Made by a program: the position numbers and the translations under genes
Source of the DNA: an uncultured Chloroflexia bacterium
GTDB taxonomy: Bacteria > Chloroflexota > Limnocylindria > Limnocylindrales > CSP1-4
NCBI GenBank assembly: GCA_963814115.1
Contig: CAWFBS010000016.1
Coordinates: 256,431-320,430 of the forward strand
Length of the DNA: 64,000 nucleotides
Direction of reading: 5' to 3'
The notes under the pieces: model-generated
Database searches by the model: none
Told to the model about the DNA's origin: nothing
The model's input: only the letters and a program-made list of their open reading frames with translations
Shown here: in pieces, positions 29,401 through 39,490 of the stretch
How the letters are laid out: every line of letters starts with the position of its first letter
Position numbering within the stretch: the first letter of the stretch is position 1

Positions 29401-29501
29401 GGGGCGCACGGATACGATCCTGGGAGTGGCCGGACGTCCTGGCTAGAATGGCGCTCGATCGCGGCCTGCGTCCCATCCGCCGCGATCCCGAGGAGCCGCC
29501 C

Positions 29502-30947
29502 ATGGCCACCGCCACGAACCTCGTCCCGCACCGGATCTTCCTTGCCGGGCACTGGGTGGACTCACCGGATCTCATGACGATCGACAACCCGGCCCGTCCC
29601 GGCGAGCCCGCCGGCTTCACCTACCAGGCGACGCCCGAGCAGTACGAGGAGGCTGTCCGGGCAGCCGTCGCGGCGTTCGAGGTGACTCGCAGGCTGCCCG
29701 CCTACGAGCGCGCCGCTACGCTCCGAAACATCAGCAGCGGCATCCGGGCGCGCCGCGAGGAGCTGGGCCGGCTGATCGCGCTCGAGGCCGGGAAGCCGAT
29801 CCGGGACGCGCTCGTCGAGGTTGACCGCGCGACCCTCACCTTCCGGTTGGGCGCGGAGGAGGCGGAACGGCTGGGCGGGGAGGTGATCCCGCTTGACCTG
29901 ATGGCGAGCAGCAGGGGTCGCATCGGGATCACCCGTCGCTACCCGGCCGGTCCGGTCGCCGCGATCAGCCCGTTCAACTTCCCGCTCAACCTCGCCGCCC
30001 ACAAGCTGGCCCCGGCGATCGCAGCCGGATGCTCCATCGTCCTCAAGCCCCCCTCCAAGGATCCCCTCACGATGCTCACCGTCGCGGAGATCGTGGAGGA
30101 GGCCGGGGCTCCGGCCGGCTCGGTGAGCATCCTCCCGATGAGCCGCACGCTCGGGGACCGGCTCGTCGCCGACGACCGTTTCGCCGTGCTGTCGTTCACC
30201 GGGTCGCCCGCGGTGGGCTGGCCGATGAAGGCGCGCGCCGGCAAGAAGCGGGTCGTCCTCGAGCTCGGCGGCAACGCCGGGGCGATCGTCGACCGGAGCG
30301 CGGACCTCGACTGGGCCGTCCGCCGGATCACCGTCGGCGCCTTCAGCTACTCCGGTCAGGTCTGCATCAGCGTCCAGCGCGTCTTCGTCCACGACGATGT
30401 CTTCGACGACTTCGCAGCCAGGCTCGTGGCTGCGGCGCGCGCGCTGCGGCTGGGCGACCCGCTCGACCCGGAGACGGATCTCGGCCCGATGGTCGACGCC
30501 AAGGCGGCGGCCCGCACGCAGGCCTGGGTGGACGAGGCAATAGCGGCTGGTGCGCGCGTCCTGCTCGGCGGGCACGCCGAGGACACGTTCTACCCGCCGA
30601 CGATCCTGGTGGACGCGCCGCTCGACGCGAAGGTGTGCTCGGAGGAGGCGTTCGCCCCGCTCGTCGTGCTCGCTCGTTTCTCGGACTTCGAGGCCGCCGT
30701 CGCGCAGGCCAACAACTCGCGGTTCGGGCTCCAGGCGGGCGTCTTCACGAACGACCTCGGCGACGCATTCCGGGCCTTCAACGGCCTGGAGGTCGGCGGC
30801 GTGATCCTCAACGACATCCCGACCTACCGGATCGACCACATGCCCTACGGCGGGGTGAAGGACTCCGGGCACGGCCGCGAGGGGCTGCGCTACGCGATCG
30901 AGGACATGACGGAGATCCGCATCCTGGTCATCGCCCAGCCCGAGTAG
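29502..30947 (+). CDS. NAD(P)-dependent aldehyde dehydrogenase
   Basis: ALDH motifs: VLELGGNAG (the ELGGK-type motif) and FSYSGQVCIS (the catalytic Cys region). An AGGAG ribosome-binding site precedes the ATG. Confidence 0.85.
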   Translation: MATATNLVPHRIFLAGHWVDSPDLMTIDNPARPGEPAGFTYQATPEQYEEAVRAAVAAFEVTRRLPAYERAATLRNISSGIRARREELGRLIALEAGKPIRDALVEVDRATLTFRLGAEEAERLGGEVIPLDLMASSRGRIGITRRYPAGPVAAISPFNFPLNLAAHKLAPAIAAGCSIVLKPPSKDPLTMLTVAEIVEEAGAPAGSVSILPMSRTLGDRLVADDRFAVLSFTGSPAVGWPMKARAGKKRVVLELGGNAGAIVDRSADLDWAVRRITVGAFSYSGQVCISVQRVFVHDDVFDDFAARLVAAARALRLGDPLDPETDLGPMVDAKAAARTQAWVDEAIAAGARVLLGGHAEDTFYPPTILVDAPLDAKVCSEEAFAPLVVLARFSDFEAAVAQANNSRFGLQAGVFTNDLGDAFRAFNGLEVGGVILNDIPTYRIDHMPYGGVKDSGHGREGLRYAIEDMTEIRILVIAQPE

Positions 30948-30995
30948 GGCGCCCGGAGGGCGCGACCCTGGCCCTGCGCCCGCCCGGGTCATGCG

Positions 30996-31430
30996 TCAGC
31001 CCGCGCGGTGGCCGAGCACGTTGAACGTCGTCTGCACGGCGTAGATCGCCGCGAAGGCGATCCACGCCACCCCGCTGATCCACCAGAGCGGAATCCAGAA
31101 CGCGAACTGCGCAGCCACGAACAGCCCGACGTACGCGCCGAAGATCGGTGGCCGGATGGGGCTTCGCCACTCGATGCGCAGCCGGAGGTCGACCAGCGCG
31201 CCGAAGGCGGCCCACGCCGCAAACAGGCCGAACGCAAGGACATGCTCCGGCGGTGCCGCCGTCCCCAGGCCGACGAGCGCCAGGCCCGCTGCCGGCAGGC
31301 CCAGTGCGTAGATGACCCAGCCCCAGCGCCGCTCGACCTCGGGGCGCCAGCGGCGCGCGGCGAAGTAGAGCAGCAGCCCGACCTGCGAGAACAACCCGAA
31401 GGCGACGAACGTCGCCGTCCACACACCCAT
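30996..31430 (-). CDS. Small tryptophan-rich integral membrane protein (hypothetical)
   Basis: 144 aa with four predicted helices (FWIPLWWISGVAWIAF). Confidence 0.4.
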   Translation of the reverse strand: MGVWTATFVAFGLFSQVGLLLYFAARRWRPEVERRWGWVIYALGLPAAGLALVGLGTAAPPEHVLAFGLFAAWAAFGALVDLRLRIEWRSPIRPPIFGAYVGLFVAAQFAFWIPLWWISGVAWIAFAAIYAVQTTFNVLGHRAG

Positions 31431-31505
31431 CGACCGGGTTTCAGGATCGCGGGTGCCGGGGACCCTGCCAACTGCCGAACGGCCGCCGGTCGCGGGCCGG
31501 CCGGA

Positions 31506-32448
31506 TCAGATCCCCCTGATCGACCGCGGCGCCATCCGCGGCCCGCGGCGCGGGGCATGGATTCCGGCGGCCTCGACGAGCCGGATCACCCGTGCTCGAT
31601 GGCCCGCATACGGCGCCAGGAGCTCCAGCATCCGCTCGTCGGTGCCGCGTGGCTCGCCCGCGAGCACCCAGCAGATCGCGTGGGAGAGGTGGAAGTCGCC
31701 GACGCTCACGGCGTCCGCGTCACCCAGCGCGCGGAGGCCCACTTCTGCCGCCGTCCAGGGCCCCACGAGCGGAAGGGCCCGCAGCCGCCCGTACGCCTCG
31801 GCCAGCGGCAGGTCCGACGCACTCCTCCACGCGGGCGGCGCGGGCGGCCGCAAAGCGGATCGCATCCGCGCGTCGTCGCTCCAGGCCGAGCGGGTGGTAC
31901 GCGTAGCCGGGCAGCCCGGCCAGCGTCTCCGGCGCCGGCGGCAGGCGCAGTGGTGCGGGGCGGCGGGAGGAGGGCTCGTCCCAGGGGCCCGGCGCCGGCT
32001 CGCCGTGCCGTCGGACAAGCGCCACGAACGCCGAGCGCGCCTCGTCGCCCGTCACCTTCTGCTCGATGATCGCCGGGACGAGTGCCTCAAAGACCCGGCG
32101 CGTCCGGCCGATCCGGACCCCAGCGAACCGCGCGTGCAGGTCGCGAAGCAGGGCGTGGCCGGCGACGAGTGCCGCGAACCCGGCGGCGTCGTCGTCGGCG
32201 CCGAGCAGCTCGGGCGCCTGTTCGATCGCCCAGCCCGCGCCCGGTCCCCACGCCTGCGCCCGGATCATGTCGCCGTCGGGGATTAGCCGCAGGGTGGCCG
32301 GCCCATCCGGCGTGCGCGTCGCCCGCCACGTCGAGCCATCCCGCGAGTAGCGCAGCGTCGGATCGCCGGGGCCGCGCCGGTGGATCGCGAGCGTCAGGCG
32401 CACGTCGACGGGAACCCCGGGCTCGATTCGACGGACGAGTGGCTCCAT
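31506..32448 (-). CDS. DNA-3-methyladenine glycosylase II-like protein (AlkA family, HhH-GPD), with an apparent frameshift near 31820-31830
   Basis: The N-terminal AlkA_N-like part (MEPLVRRIEPG...) and the HhH-GPD part (LPLVGPWTAAEVGLRALGDADAVSVGDFHL) lie in different frames. Confidence 0.6.
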
Positions 32449-32542
32449 CGCCGTGGAGCCTACCGCGTGCCTCGGCCCCCGACGGCCAGCCGAGCGCAAC
32501 CGGTCTTGCCCTCCCCGTACCGGAATGCTTATCATACTCGTG

Positions 32543-32848
32543 ATGCTTAGCGTGAAGATCAGCACCAAGCACCAGATCGCCGTGCCGAGCGAAGCGCGCA
32601 AGAAGCTTGGCCTCAAGGCGGGCGACCGGCTGGACGTCGAGATCGAGGGCGACGTCATCCACCTCCGCCGTCATGTGCCTGCCGGAACCCGGCTCCATGG
32701 CATCGGGGCCCACCTGTACGACGGGTCAGATCCCGCCGAGCGGATCCGAGCGATGCGCGATGCCGACGAGGCTCGCTGGGTCGAGCGGCAGGTAGAGATC
32801 GACGCCGACATTCGGGCCGAATATGCGGCTCGCCAGGAGCTCGGATGA
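32543..32848 (+). CDS. vapB: AbrB/MazE-type antitoxin (VapB-like)
   Basis: [43 protein letters not shown] is a SpoVT/AbrB swapped-hairpin domain. The local GC is low (about 50-55%). It overlaps the downstream toxin gene as ATGA. Confidence 0.65.
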   Translation: MLSVKISTKHQIAVPSEARKKLGLKAGDRLDVEIEGDVIHLRRHVPAGTRLHGIGAHLYDGSDPAERIRAMRDADEARWVERQVEIDADIRAEYAARQELG

Positions 32849-33291
32849 CTGTCGACGAACTCTGCGAGCGACACGGTCGGGTCGCGTTCGACACGAACGT
32901 GTTCGTCTATCTCTTCGAGTCGACAGGCCCTCTTGCGGACGCGGCTACAGCCGTGGTGAACGCGGTCTCGGCACGCCGGATCGTCGGCATCGTCTCGACC
33001 GTTGCGCTGGCCGAGATGATCGTCGGCCCCGCTCAACTCGGCGACGACACGATGGGGGAGCGCTACGCGGACGCGATCCGGTCCATCGAGAACCTGCACG
33101 TTGTTCCGGCCACCGTCGAGATCGCCGAGGAATCGGGATTCGTGCGTGCACATACCAGCCTGACGCTTGCTGACTCCATGCACGTCGCGACGGCGCAAGT
33201 TGCTGGCGCCTCCGTTCTCATCACGAACAACCGAAGGATCCACTCCTTGCCGAAGCTCGACGTGATCCAGCTGGCCGACCTCGTCGCGTAA
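32845..33291 (+). CDS. vapC: PIN-domain ribonuclease toxin (VapC-like)
   Basis: [10 protein letters not shown]...[12 protein letters not shown]...ITNN carries PIN acidic residues. Confidence 0.75.
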   Translation: MTVDELCERHGRVAFDTNVFVYLFESTGPLADAATAVVNAVSARRIVGIVSTVALAEMIVGPAQLGDDTMGERYADAIRSIENLHVVPATVEIAEESGFVRAHTSLTLADSMHVATAQVAGASVLITNNRRIHSLPKLDVIQLADLVA

Positions 33292-33326
33292 GCGCAGTCG
33301 GCGCTGCTGCCGATTGACCCCGCAGC

Positions 33327-34333
33327 CTACTCGCCGATCCGGACGATCCAGCGGCCACGCGCGCGCCCGGCCAGGATCCCGTCGAGCGCCTCGGGGAGCG
33401 TGTCGAGCGTCACGTCCGTCAGGCCCTCGCCGAGGCCGTTGGGGCGCAGGTCGCCGCCGAGCCGCGCCCAGATCGCGCGTCGCTCGGCGATCGGGACCTG
33501 GGCGGAGTCGATGCCGAGCAGCGCCGCGCCGCGCAGGATGAACGGGAAGACCGTCGTCGCGAAACCCGGCCCACCCGCGTTGCCGGAGGCCGCGACCGAC
33601 GCGTCGCGCCGGAGCGTGCGAAGGATGTAGGGGAGCGTGGCGCCGCCCACGCAGTCCACGGCACCCGCCCAGCGCTCCGCCTCGAGGGCGCGCGGGCTCT
33701 CGGCAGTCACCTCCGCGCGGTCGATCACCGTCGGCGGCGCCCAGCCCGCGCAGCCGGTCCGCCTCGTCCGGCTTCCCGGTCGCCGCGACGACCTCGTAGC
33801 CGCGCGCGGCCAGGATCCCGACCGCGACGCTTCCCAGCCCGCCAGACGCGCCGGTCACGAGGACCGGCCCCGTTCCCGGGCCGCAGGCCGCGCTCCTCGA
33901 GCCGGATCACCGAATGCGCGGCGGTGAAGCCGGCCGTCCCGAGCGCCATCGCCAGCCGCGGCGTCAGCGCCTGGGGCAGCGGCACCACCCAGCCGGCCGG
34001 CACCCGCGCGTATTCCGCGAAGCCGCCGTGCCGGCTGACGCCCAGCTCGTAGCCGTGGGCAAGCACTGCGCTGCCCGGCGGGATGGCCGCGTCCGCGCTG
34101 GCGACGACCTCCCCGGCCATGTCGATCCCCGGGATGAGCGGGCTGATCCGGGCAACCTTGCCGCCGGCGATCGCCGCGAGGGCATCCTTGTAGTTGACGC
34201 CCGACCAGAGGACCCGGATCTCCACTTCGCCGGGAGGCAGGTCGGCCTCCCCGAACTGCCGGACGCCGCGAGTGACGGTGTCACCGTCCTTCTCGGCGAT
34301 GAAGGCGCGGAACGTGGCGGGGATCGCGGTCAT
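33327..34333 (-). CDS. MDR-family NADPH:quinone / enoyl reductase (YhdH/AcuI-like), with two apparent single-base frameshifts
   Basis: Three consecutive frames carry contiguous homologous segments: ...GVNYKDALA...GIDMAGEV..., then [33 protein letters not shown], then ...VDCVGGATL... One shift sits in a G run (cccgggaacgggg). Confidence 0.6.
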
Positions 34334-34384
34334 CGGCGGCTCCCGGTGATGTGGCGTCCGTGGATGCGGCGAGCTCGGTTCCCG

Positions 34385-34933
34385 TCAGCGAGCCCGACGA
34401 TACACCGCGGCTGCGAGCCAGCCGACCAGCGAACCACCGGCCAGCCCAAGCACCAGACCGGTCAGGTTGTCGATGACGTCCGCGCTCTCGCAGGCTCGAT
34501 CGAGGACCGGGAGGAGCAGCTGCGCGGTCTCGATCGCGAACGGAAGGGCGATCGCCGCGATGAGCACGACCCATCTGAGACGCGATCGTGGCAGCAACGC
34601 GATCGAGACTCCCAGCGGCATGAACAGCAGGACGTTGAGGCTCGTGTCGTTGAACCCAAAGAGCTCGCTGAGCGGCGCAAGGCCCATTCTCGAGAGGTCA
34701 CACGACCCGGTTCCAACAGCGCCAGACTGGATGGCTCCGCGGAGCGGCGTGAGGGTCGCCGACAGGATGATCCCTAGGCTCACGATCAGTGCGGTGGCCA
34801 CGGCACGCCGGAGGCCCAATACCCGGCCGATCCGGCCGCCCACCGCAAGGCCGATCCCGACGGAGATGGCGACTGCAGGGAGAAGCCACGGAAGCACCCG
34901 GGCCTCGCCGAGATGGACCAGCGCGAAAAGCAA
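34385..34933 (-). CDS. VanZ-family membrane protein
   Basis: Four transmembrane helices and a VanZ-like motif region (FAIETAQLLLPVLDRACESADVIDNLTGLVLG). Confidence 0.6.
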   Translation of the reverse strand: MLFALVHLGEARVLPWLLPAVAISVGIGLAVGGRIGRVLGLRRAVATALIVSLGIILSATLTPLRGAIQSGAVGTGSCDLSRMGLAPLSELFGFNDTSLNVLLFMPLGVSIALLPRSRLRWVVLIAAIALPFAIETAQLLLPVLDRACESADVIDNLTGLVLGLAGGSLVGWLAAAVYRRAR

Positions 34934-34972
34934 GCGCCTATCCGGCGGTGTGTCGCCGGCGGCGCGGATCCG

Positions 34973-37060
34973 TCAACCGGCGGCAGCGCCCGAGGCACCC
35001 CCGAGCTGGCTCTGGGTGGCGTCGATCGCGGCGAGGTAGCTCCATCGTGTCGCGTCCGCCCGCTCCGTGGCCGCCGGCGATTCGCCGAGGCGTCGAGCGT
35101 AGCCTAGCAGCGCCTCGCGGAGGGCGTCCTCGTCCGCACCGGTGGCCATGCCCAGCAGCCGCCGGACGCATTGCTGGACGTCCACGGGAGCGGGCGGCGC
35201 GATCGCCCGGAGGACCTTGGCACTTGCAGTCGGTTCCACCTGCTCTTCGGCGTAGAAGAGCTGCTCGTGGAGCTTCTCTCCTGGTCGCAGGCCGACCGTT
35301 TCCATCGGCTGGCTCTCGGGGTCGCGCCCGGCGAGCCGAACCAGGTCGCGGGCGAGATCAAGGACCCGCACGGGGTCGCCCATGTCGAGCACGAACAGGT
35401 CGCCGGCGCCGTCCCGGCCGAGCGCGGCCGCGTCAAGGATGAGCCACGCGGCCTCGGGGATGGTCATGAAGAAGCGGGTCATCTCTGGGTGCGTGATCGT
35501 GAGCGGCTCGCCGTTCTCCAGCTGCTCCTGGAAGATCGGCACGACACTCCCGGTGGAGCCAAGGACGTTTCCGAAGCGGACCGACACGTACGGACGGCCG
35601 GTGCGCCGGGCGGCGTCCGCCACCAGCATCTCGGCGATGCGCTTGCTGGCTCCCATGACGCTTGACGGACGGACGGCCTTGTCGGTGGACACGAACACGA
35701 ACCGGCCAACGCCCGCAGCCGCGGCTGCGTCGAGCATCACTAGTGTGCCGCCGATGTTCACGTGTGTCGCGTCGGACGGGTGTGTCTCCATCATCGGCAC
35801 GTGCTTGTAGGCCGCCGCGTGGAAGATCACGCCGGGGGCTTCGGACGCGACCAGCCGCTCCATCGTGGCCCGGCTGGCCACGTTCGCCAGGTGAACGCGC
35901 AGCTCGCCGCCCCCCTTTCCATGGTTCCTCCGGGTCTCGAGGTCCCGCTCCACCAGGTACAGCGGACTCTCCGCCCGGTCCACGAGGATCAGGCGGCGCG
36001 GCCTGAGCGCGAACACCTGGCGGGCGAGCTCCGACCCGATGGAGCCGCCGCCACCGGTGATGAGCACCGTCTGCTCCCGGATGATCTCCTCGACACCAGC
36101 CGCGTGCTGGGTGACCATGGGCCGGCGGAGGAGGTCTTCGACACGCACCTTACGGACGCGGTTCGCATCCACGGTTCCGTCCAGCAGATCGGTCATCGAG
36201 GGGACGGTCCGCACCTCGAGCCCCAGGGCCAGCGCGGCATCGACGGCACGTCGGACAGCGCTGCCCGCGGCGCTCGGCATCGTGATGAGCAAGGTCTTGG
36301 CTCCCGTCTTGGCTACAGCCCGGTTCATCGACTCGACGCCGCCGAAGACGGGGATTCCATCGACCACGCCACCGATCAGCGAGGGATCGTCGTCGAGGAA
36401 CCCGACCGGCACCACACCGGAGCGGGGATCCCGTCGGGCCGAGCGAGCAAGGAGAACGCCGGTTTGTCCTGCACCGTAGAGGAGCGTCGCACGCTGGTCG
36501 GTCGCGGCGACGTGGCTCGGATCCGCCCGCCGCTCGGATGCCGCCCGGATGCCGAAGCGAACTCCGCCAAGGATCGCGACGCTCAGGAGCAACTCTGCCA
36601 GCCAGAACGACCGTGGGAACCCGTCTGCCCACGACGCTCTGCCGACTGAACACGCCCCGTAGAAGATGACCAGGGTGATGAGCGATCCGAGCGCAACGGC
36701 CGCGACGATCCGCTCGAGGTCGGGCACGCTTGCGAACCGCCAGCGGCGGCTGTACAAGCCGAGCCTGATGTTGGTGATCGTGCGGACCGCGAGGAGCAGG
36801 CCGACCACCACGGGGAACGCCGGAACCAAGACCGGCCCCGTGATCCGGTCGAAGCGAAGCGCGAGCGCGACATAGGCAGCGATGACAATTCCGACCAGGT
36901 CGATCGCCAGGAGGTACCGGCCGCGGATCTCGGTCGTGAGCCGGCGGATCGAGGGATATGGGGGCGCGAGGGACGCGTCCTCGATCAACGCGGTCCGCGC
37001 CGGCGCGGAAGGGTGGAAGGCGGGAACGAATCTGGGCCGGGACAGGCGGCGGACGGCCAA
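34973..37060 (-). CDS. Membrane-bound nucleotide-sugar 4,6-dehydratase (CapD/WbpM/PglF family)
   Basis: N-terminal transmembrane helices, then a Rossmann fold (LITGGGGSIGSELARQ), then a catalytic region (HAAAYKHVPMME...FVFVSTDKAV). The exact start is uncertain. Confidence 0.8.
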   Translation of the reverse strand: MAVRRLSRPRFVPAFHPSAPARTALIEDASLAPPYPSIRRLTTEIRGRYLLAIDLVGIVIAAYVALALRFDRITGPVLVPAFPVVVGLLLAVRTITNIRLGLYSRRWRFASVPDLERIVAAVALGSLITLVIFYGACSVGRASWADGFPRSFWLAELLLSVAILGGVRFGIRAASERRADPSHVAATDQRATLLYGAGQTGVLLARSARRDPRSGVVPVGFLDDDPSLIGGVVDGIPVFGGVESMNRAVAKTGAKTLLITMPSAAGSAVRRAVDAALALGLEVRTVPSMTDLLDGTVDANRVRKVRVEDLLRRPMVTQHAAGVEEIIREQTVLITGGGGSIGSELARQVFALRPRRLILVDRAESPLYLVERDLETRRNHGKGGGELRVHLANVASRATMERLVASEAPGVIFHAAAYKHVPMMETHPSDATHVNIGGTLVMLDAAAAAGVGRFVFVSTDKAVRPSSVMGASKRIAEMLVADAARRTGRPYVSVRFGNVLGSTGSVVPIFQEQLENGEPLTITHPEMTRFFMTIPEAAWLILDAAALGRDGAGDLFVLDMGDPVRVLDLARDLVRLAGRDPESQPMETVGLRPGEKLHEQLFYAEEQVEPTASAKVLRAIAPPAPVDVQQCVRRLLGMATGADEDALREALLGYARRLGESPAATERADATRWSYLAAIDATQSQLGGASGAAAG

Positions 37061-37900
37061 TAGACTCCCTCACTCGGACATCAAAGTCGCCGACGTAGGT
37101 GCCTTCACGACCACGTCAACCCCGCCGATTCAGCGAGGGCACGCGGAAGGCGCGAAATCCGCGGCATCGGCCGGTTCCGAGCCGGACCTTGAACGGTAAG
37201 ACAACCGGCGCAGCGTGCCTAGTACCAATGGGTCCCCACTCCGTGCCCTCACGGTCATCGATGTTGCGCAGACGCACCAGTATCTGGCATCCCGGTCGCC
37301 CGGCCTGCGGCTTCGCGCCTCGTCCTCTCCGTGGACGGTGGACGGAAGCGGCTGGCGTCTGTCGAGGCGGGCGCGCCACCGGAGCTATGATCGGCCGGAT
37401 GGCCCGTGTCGAACTCGACGTCCCGGATGCACCCGGCTGCCCGATGCTCGGCCTGGCAGCCGACCGACGCACCCGATACACATTCCCGCACGCGGACCAC
37501 CGGTGCCACGTCAGGGATGTTCCAGGTGCGGTTGAGCCAGGTCACCAGTCGGCCTACTGCCTGAGCCTCGACTATCCGTCCTGCGATCGGTACGACAGCA
37601 GCCGACGACGGGCGGAGGACAAAGGACCGCCCAAGTTCGGTCGACCTGTGTGAAGGAGCAGCGATTCGGTAGGACAGTCCGGCAACAAGCATGCAGCGGC
37701 GGGTGTTCCCGCCGGGTTGACGGCCACGACCTCCTGGTCGATGATCCTCGCCACCGGCGCCGCCGTCGCACGGAGAGCCCAACGCTGAAGGCGCCATTCA
37801 ATGGCTCTGCGCTTGAGCCGGCGCTCGGGTCCGGCCGAACCTAGCCTGACCGAAGCCGGGACCCGCCCGCCGGAGGCGAACCTACAAGGAGAGACACTGG

Positions 37901-39490
37901 GTGGCTCCGCAACGTCTGCTTCGCATCGCGCGCCGTTGGCTACCTCTGCTGATCCTGGGCATGATCCTGCCGGGCGTCGCGACATACGTACTCACGAGTG
38001 TCCAGCCGCAGGTCTACCAAGTATCCGCGATATTGCTCCCGGCGCAGTTGCGGCTGGCCGGCAACCCCGACTTCAACACGGTGGCGATGAGCCGGCTGGT
38101 CGGCCTCGCGACGAACTATTCGTACACGGCCAAGAGCCACGATCTGCTTTCCAACGTTGGCCGGGAGCTCAATCTCACGGATGGCGTGGAGCAGCTCTCC
38201 AAGCGAGTCGATGCCACGGTCGACGCGAACGCCGCGGCACTTACGATCACCGCCAGGGCGGGCAGCGCGGCGGCAGCCGCATTACTCGCAAATGCAGTCG
38301 CCAACGCGGTCGAGACGCAGTCGTCTGCCGTTCAGGACAACCCGTCTCTCCTCGGTGACGTCGCGACGGTCCGCCAGCGGATACTGGAGACCGAGGCGGA
38401 GTACCAGCGCCTTCTTGCGCTTCCTCCGCCTCGGACCGTGGAGAACACGCAAGCCCTCAATTCGTCGCTCTCTCTCCTGCAGAACCTGACGAACGTCTAC
38501 AACTCCTTGACCGCATCCATCAACAGCACGCCCGGCGGGCTCACCGTCGTCGACCAAGCCGACGCCCAACTTGCCCAGATGATCGCGCCTCGCACGCTCT
38601 ACTACACTCTGCTCGCCGTGGTCGCGGGTCTGCTCATCGCGGCCGGCATCGCCTCCCTCCTCGAGTATTTCGATGACAGCGTGAAGGATTCCGAAGATCT
38701 CGAGGAGGTGGCAGACCTAAGGCTGCTGGGCACGATCGCTCCCACAAGAGCAGAGCGGGGCCGAGCGGTGATTCGCCCGCTTGCCACGCTCGTTTCACCA
38801 CGCTCTGGTGTCGCCGAGGCGTTCCGGATGCTCCGCAGCAGCATCGACTTCGCTTCCGTCGACGCGCCTATCCGGACCCTCCTGGTGACCAGCTCCCTAC
38901 CGGGGGAGGGCAAGACCATCACGGCCGCCAACCTTGCCGTGGCGTTCGCGCAGGCTGGTCGCCAGGTCCTTCTCGTGGATGCAGACCTCCGGCGCCCGGG
39001 CGTCCACCTCGTGTTCGACGTGCCCAATGCGCACGGCCTCACGACCCTCCTGCGGAGCGACGAGGTCGGTCTCGACACGATCACGCAGGTGTCAGAACAG
39101 GCCAACCTGCGGATTCTCACGACCGGTCCGCTGCCACCCAACCCCGCCGAGCTCCTCGGAACCAAGCGGATGCAGACGATCCTCGACCGGCTCAAGGCAG
39201 GAGGCGACCTGGTCATCTTCGACGGACCTCCGCTCCAGGCGGTCACGGACTCGGCAATCCTCGGGTCGTTCCTGGACGGGACGCTGTACGTGATCGCGGC
39301 TGGTCGCAGCCGCAGAGGCGCTGTCCGACTCGGCATCGAAGCACTCGCCATGGCCCATGCCAATGTCCTCGGGGTCGTGATGTTCGACGCGCCCCGAGGT
39401 TCCGTCACCGGGTACCACGAAAACGCAAGAGTATCCCCGGAGACGCCGGTCATCGCCGGGCGCGCCGTCGAGCCCGCCAACCCCACCTAG
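37901..39490 (+). CDS. Polysaccharide co-polymerase / BY-family tyrosine kinase fusion (Wzz-Wzc-like)
   Basis: GTG start with an AAGGAGAG ribosome-binding site. Transmembrane helix, Wzz-like periplasmic region, second transmembrane helix, then a P-loop (SSLPGEGKTITAANLAVAFAQAGRQVLLVDADLRRP). Confidence 0.75.
   Translation: MAPQRLLRIARRWLPLLILGMILPGVATYVLTSVQPQVYQVSAILLPAQLRLAGNPDFNTVAMSRLVGLATNYSYTAKSHDLLSNVGRELNLTDGVEQLSKRVDATVDANAAALTITARAGSAAAAALLANAVANAVETQSSAVQDNPSLLGDVATVRQRILETEAEYQRLLALPPPRTVENTQALNSSLSLLQNLTNVYNSLTASINSTPGGLTVVDQADAQLAQMIAPRTLYYTLLAVVAGLLIAAGIASLLEYFDDSVKDSEDLEEVADLRLLGTIAPTRAERGRAVIRPLATLVSPRSGVAEAFRMLRSSIDFASVDAPIRTLLVTSSLPGEGKTITAANLAVAFAQAGRQVLLVDADLRRPGVHLVFDVPNAHGLTTLLRSDEVGLDTITQVSEQANLRILTTGPLPPNPAELLGTKRMQTILDRLKAGGDLVIFDGPPLQAVTDSAILGSFLDGTLYVIAAGRSRRGAVRLGIEALAMAHANVLGVVMFDAPRGSVTGYHENARVSPETPVIAGRAVEPANPT

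Noticed and set aside
31008-32069. A 353-aa + strand ORF overlapping the AlkA-like region
   Set aside because: It is antisense to a gene with clear HhH-GPD homology and has junk composition.
37099-37797. ORFs 37099-37653 (+) and 37255-37797 (-) in the capD-wzc gap as genes
   Set aside because: No recognisable domains and composition typical of random high-GC frames. The region is kept as an unexplained intergenic interval instead.
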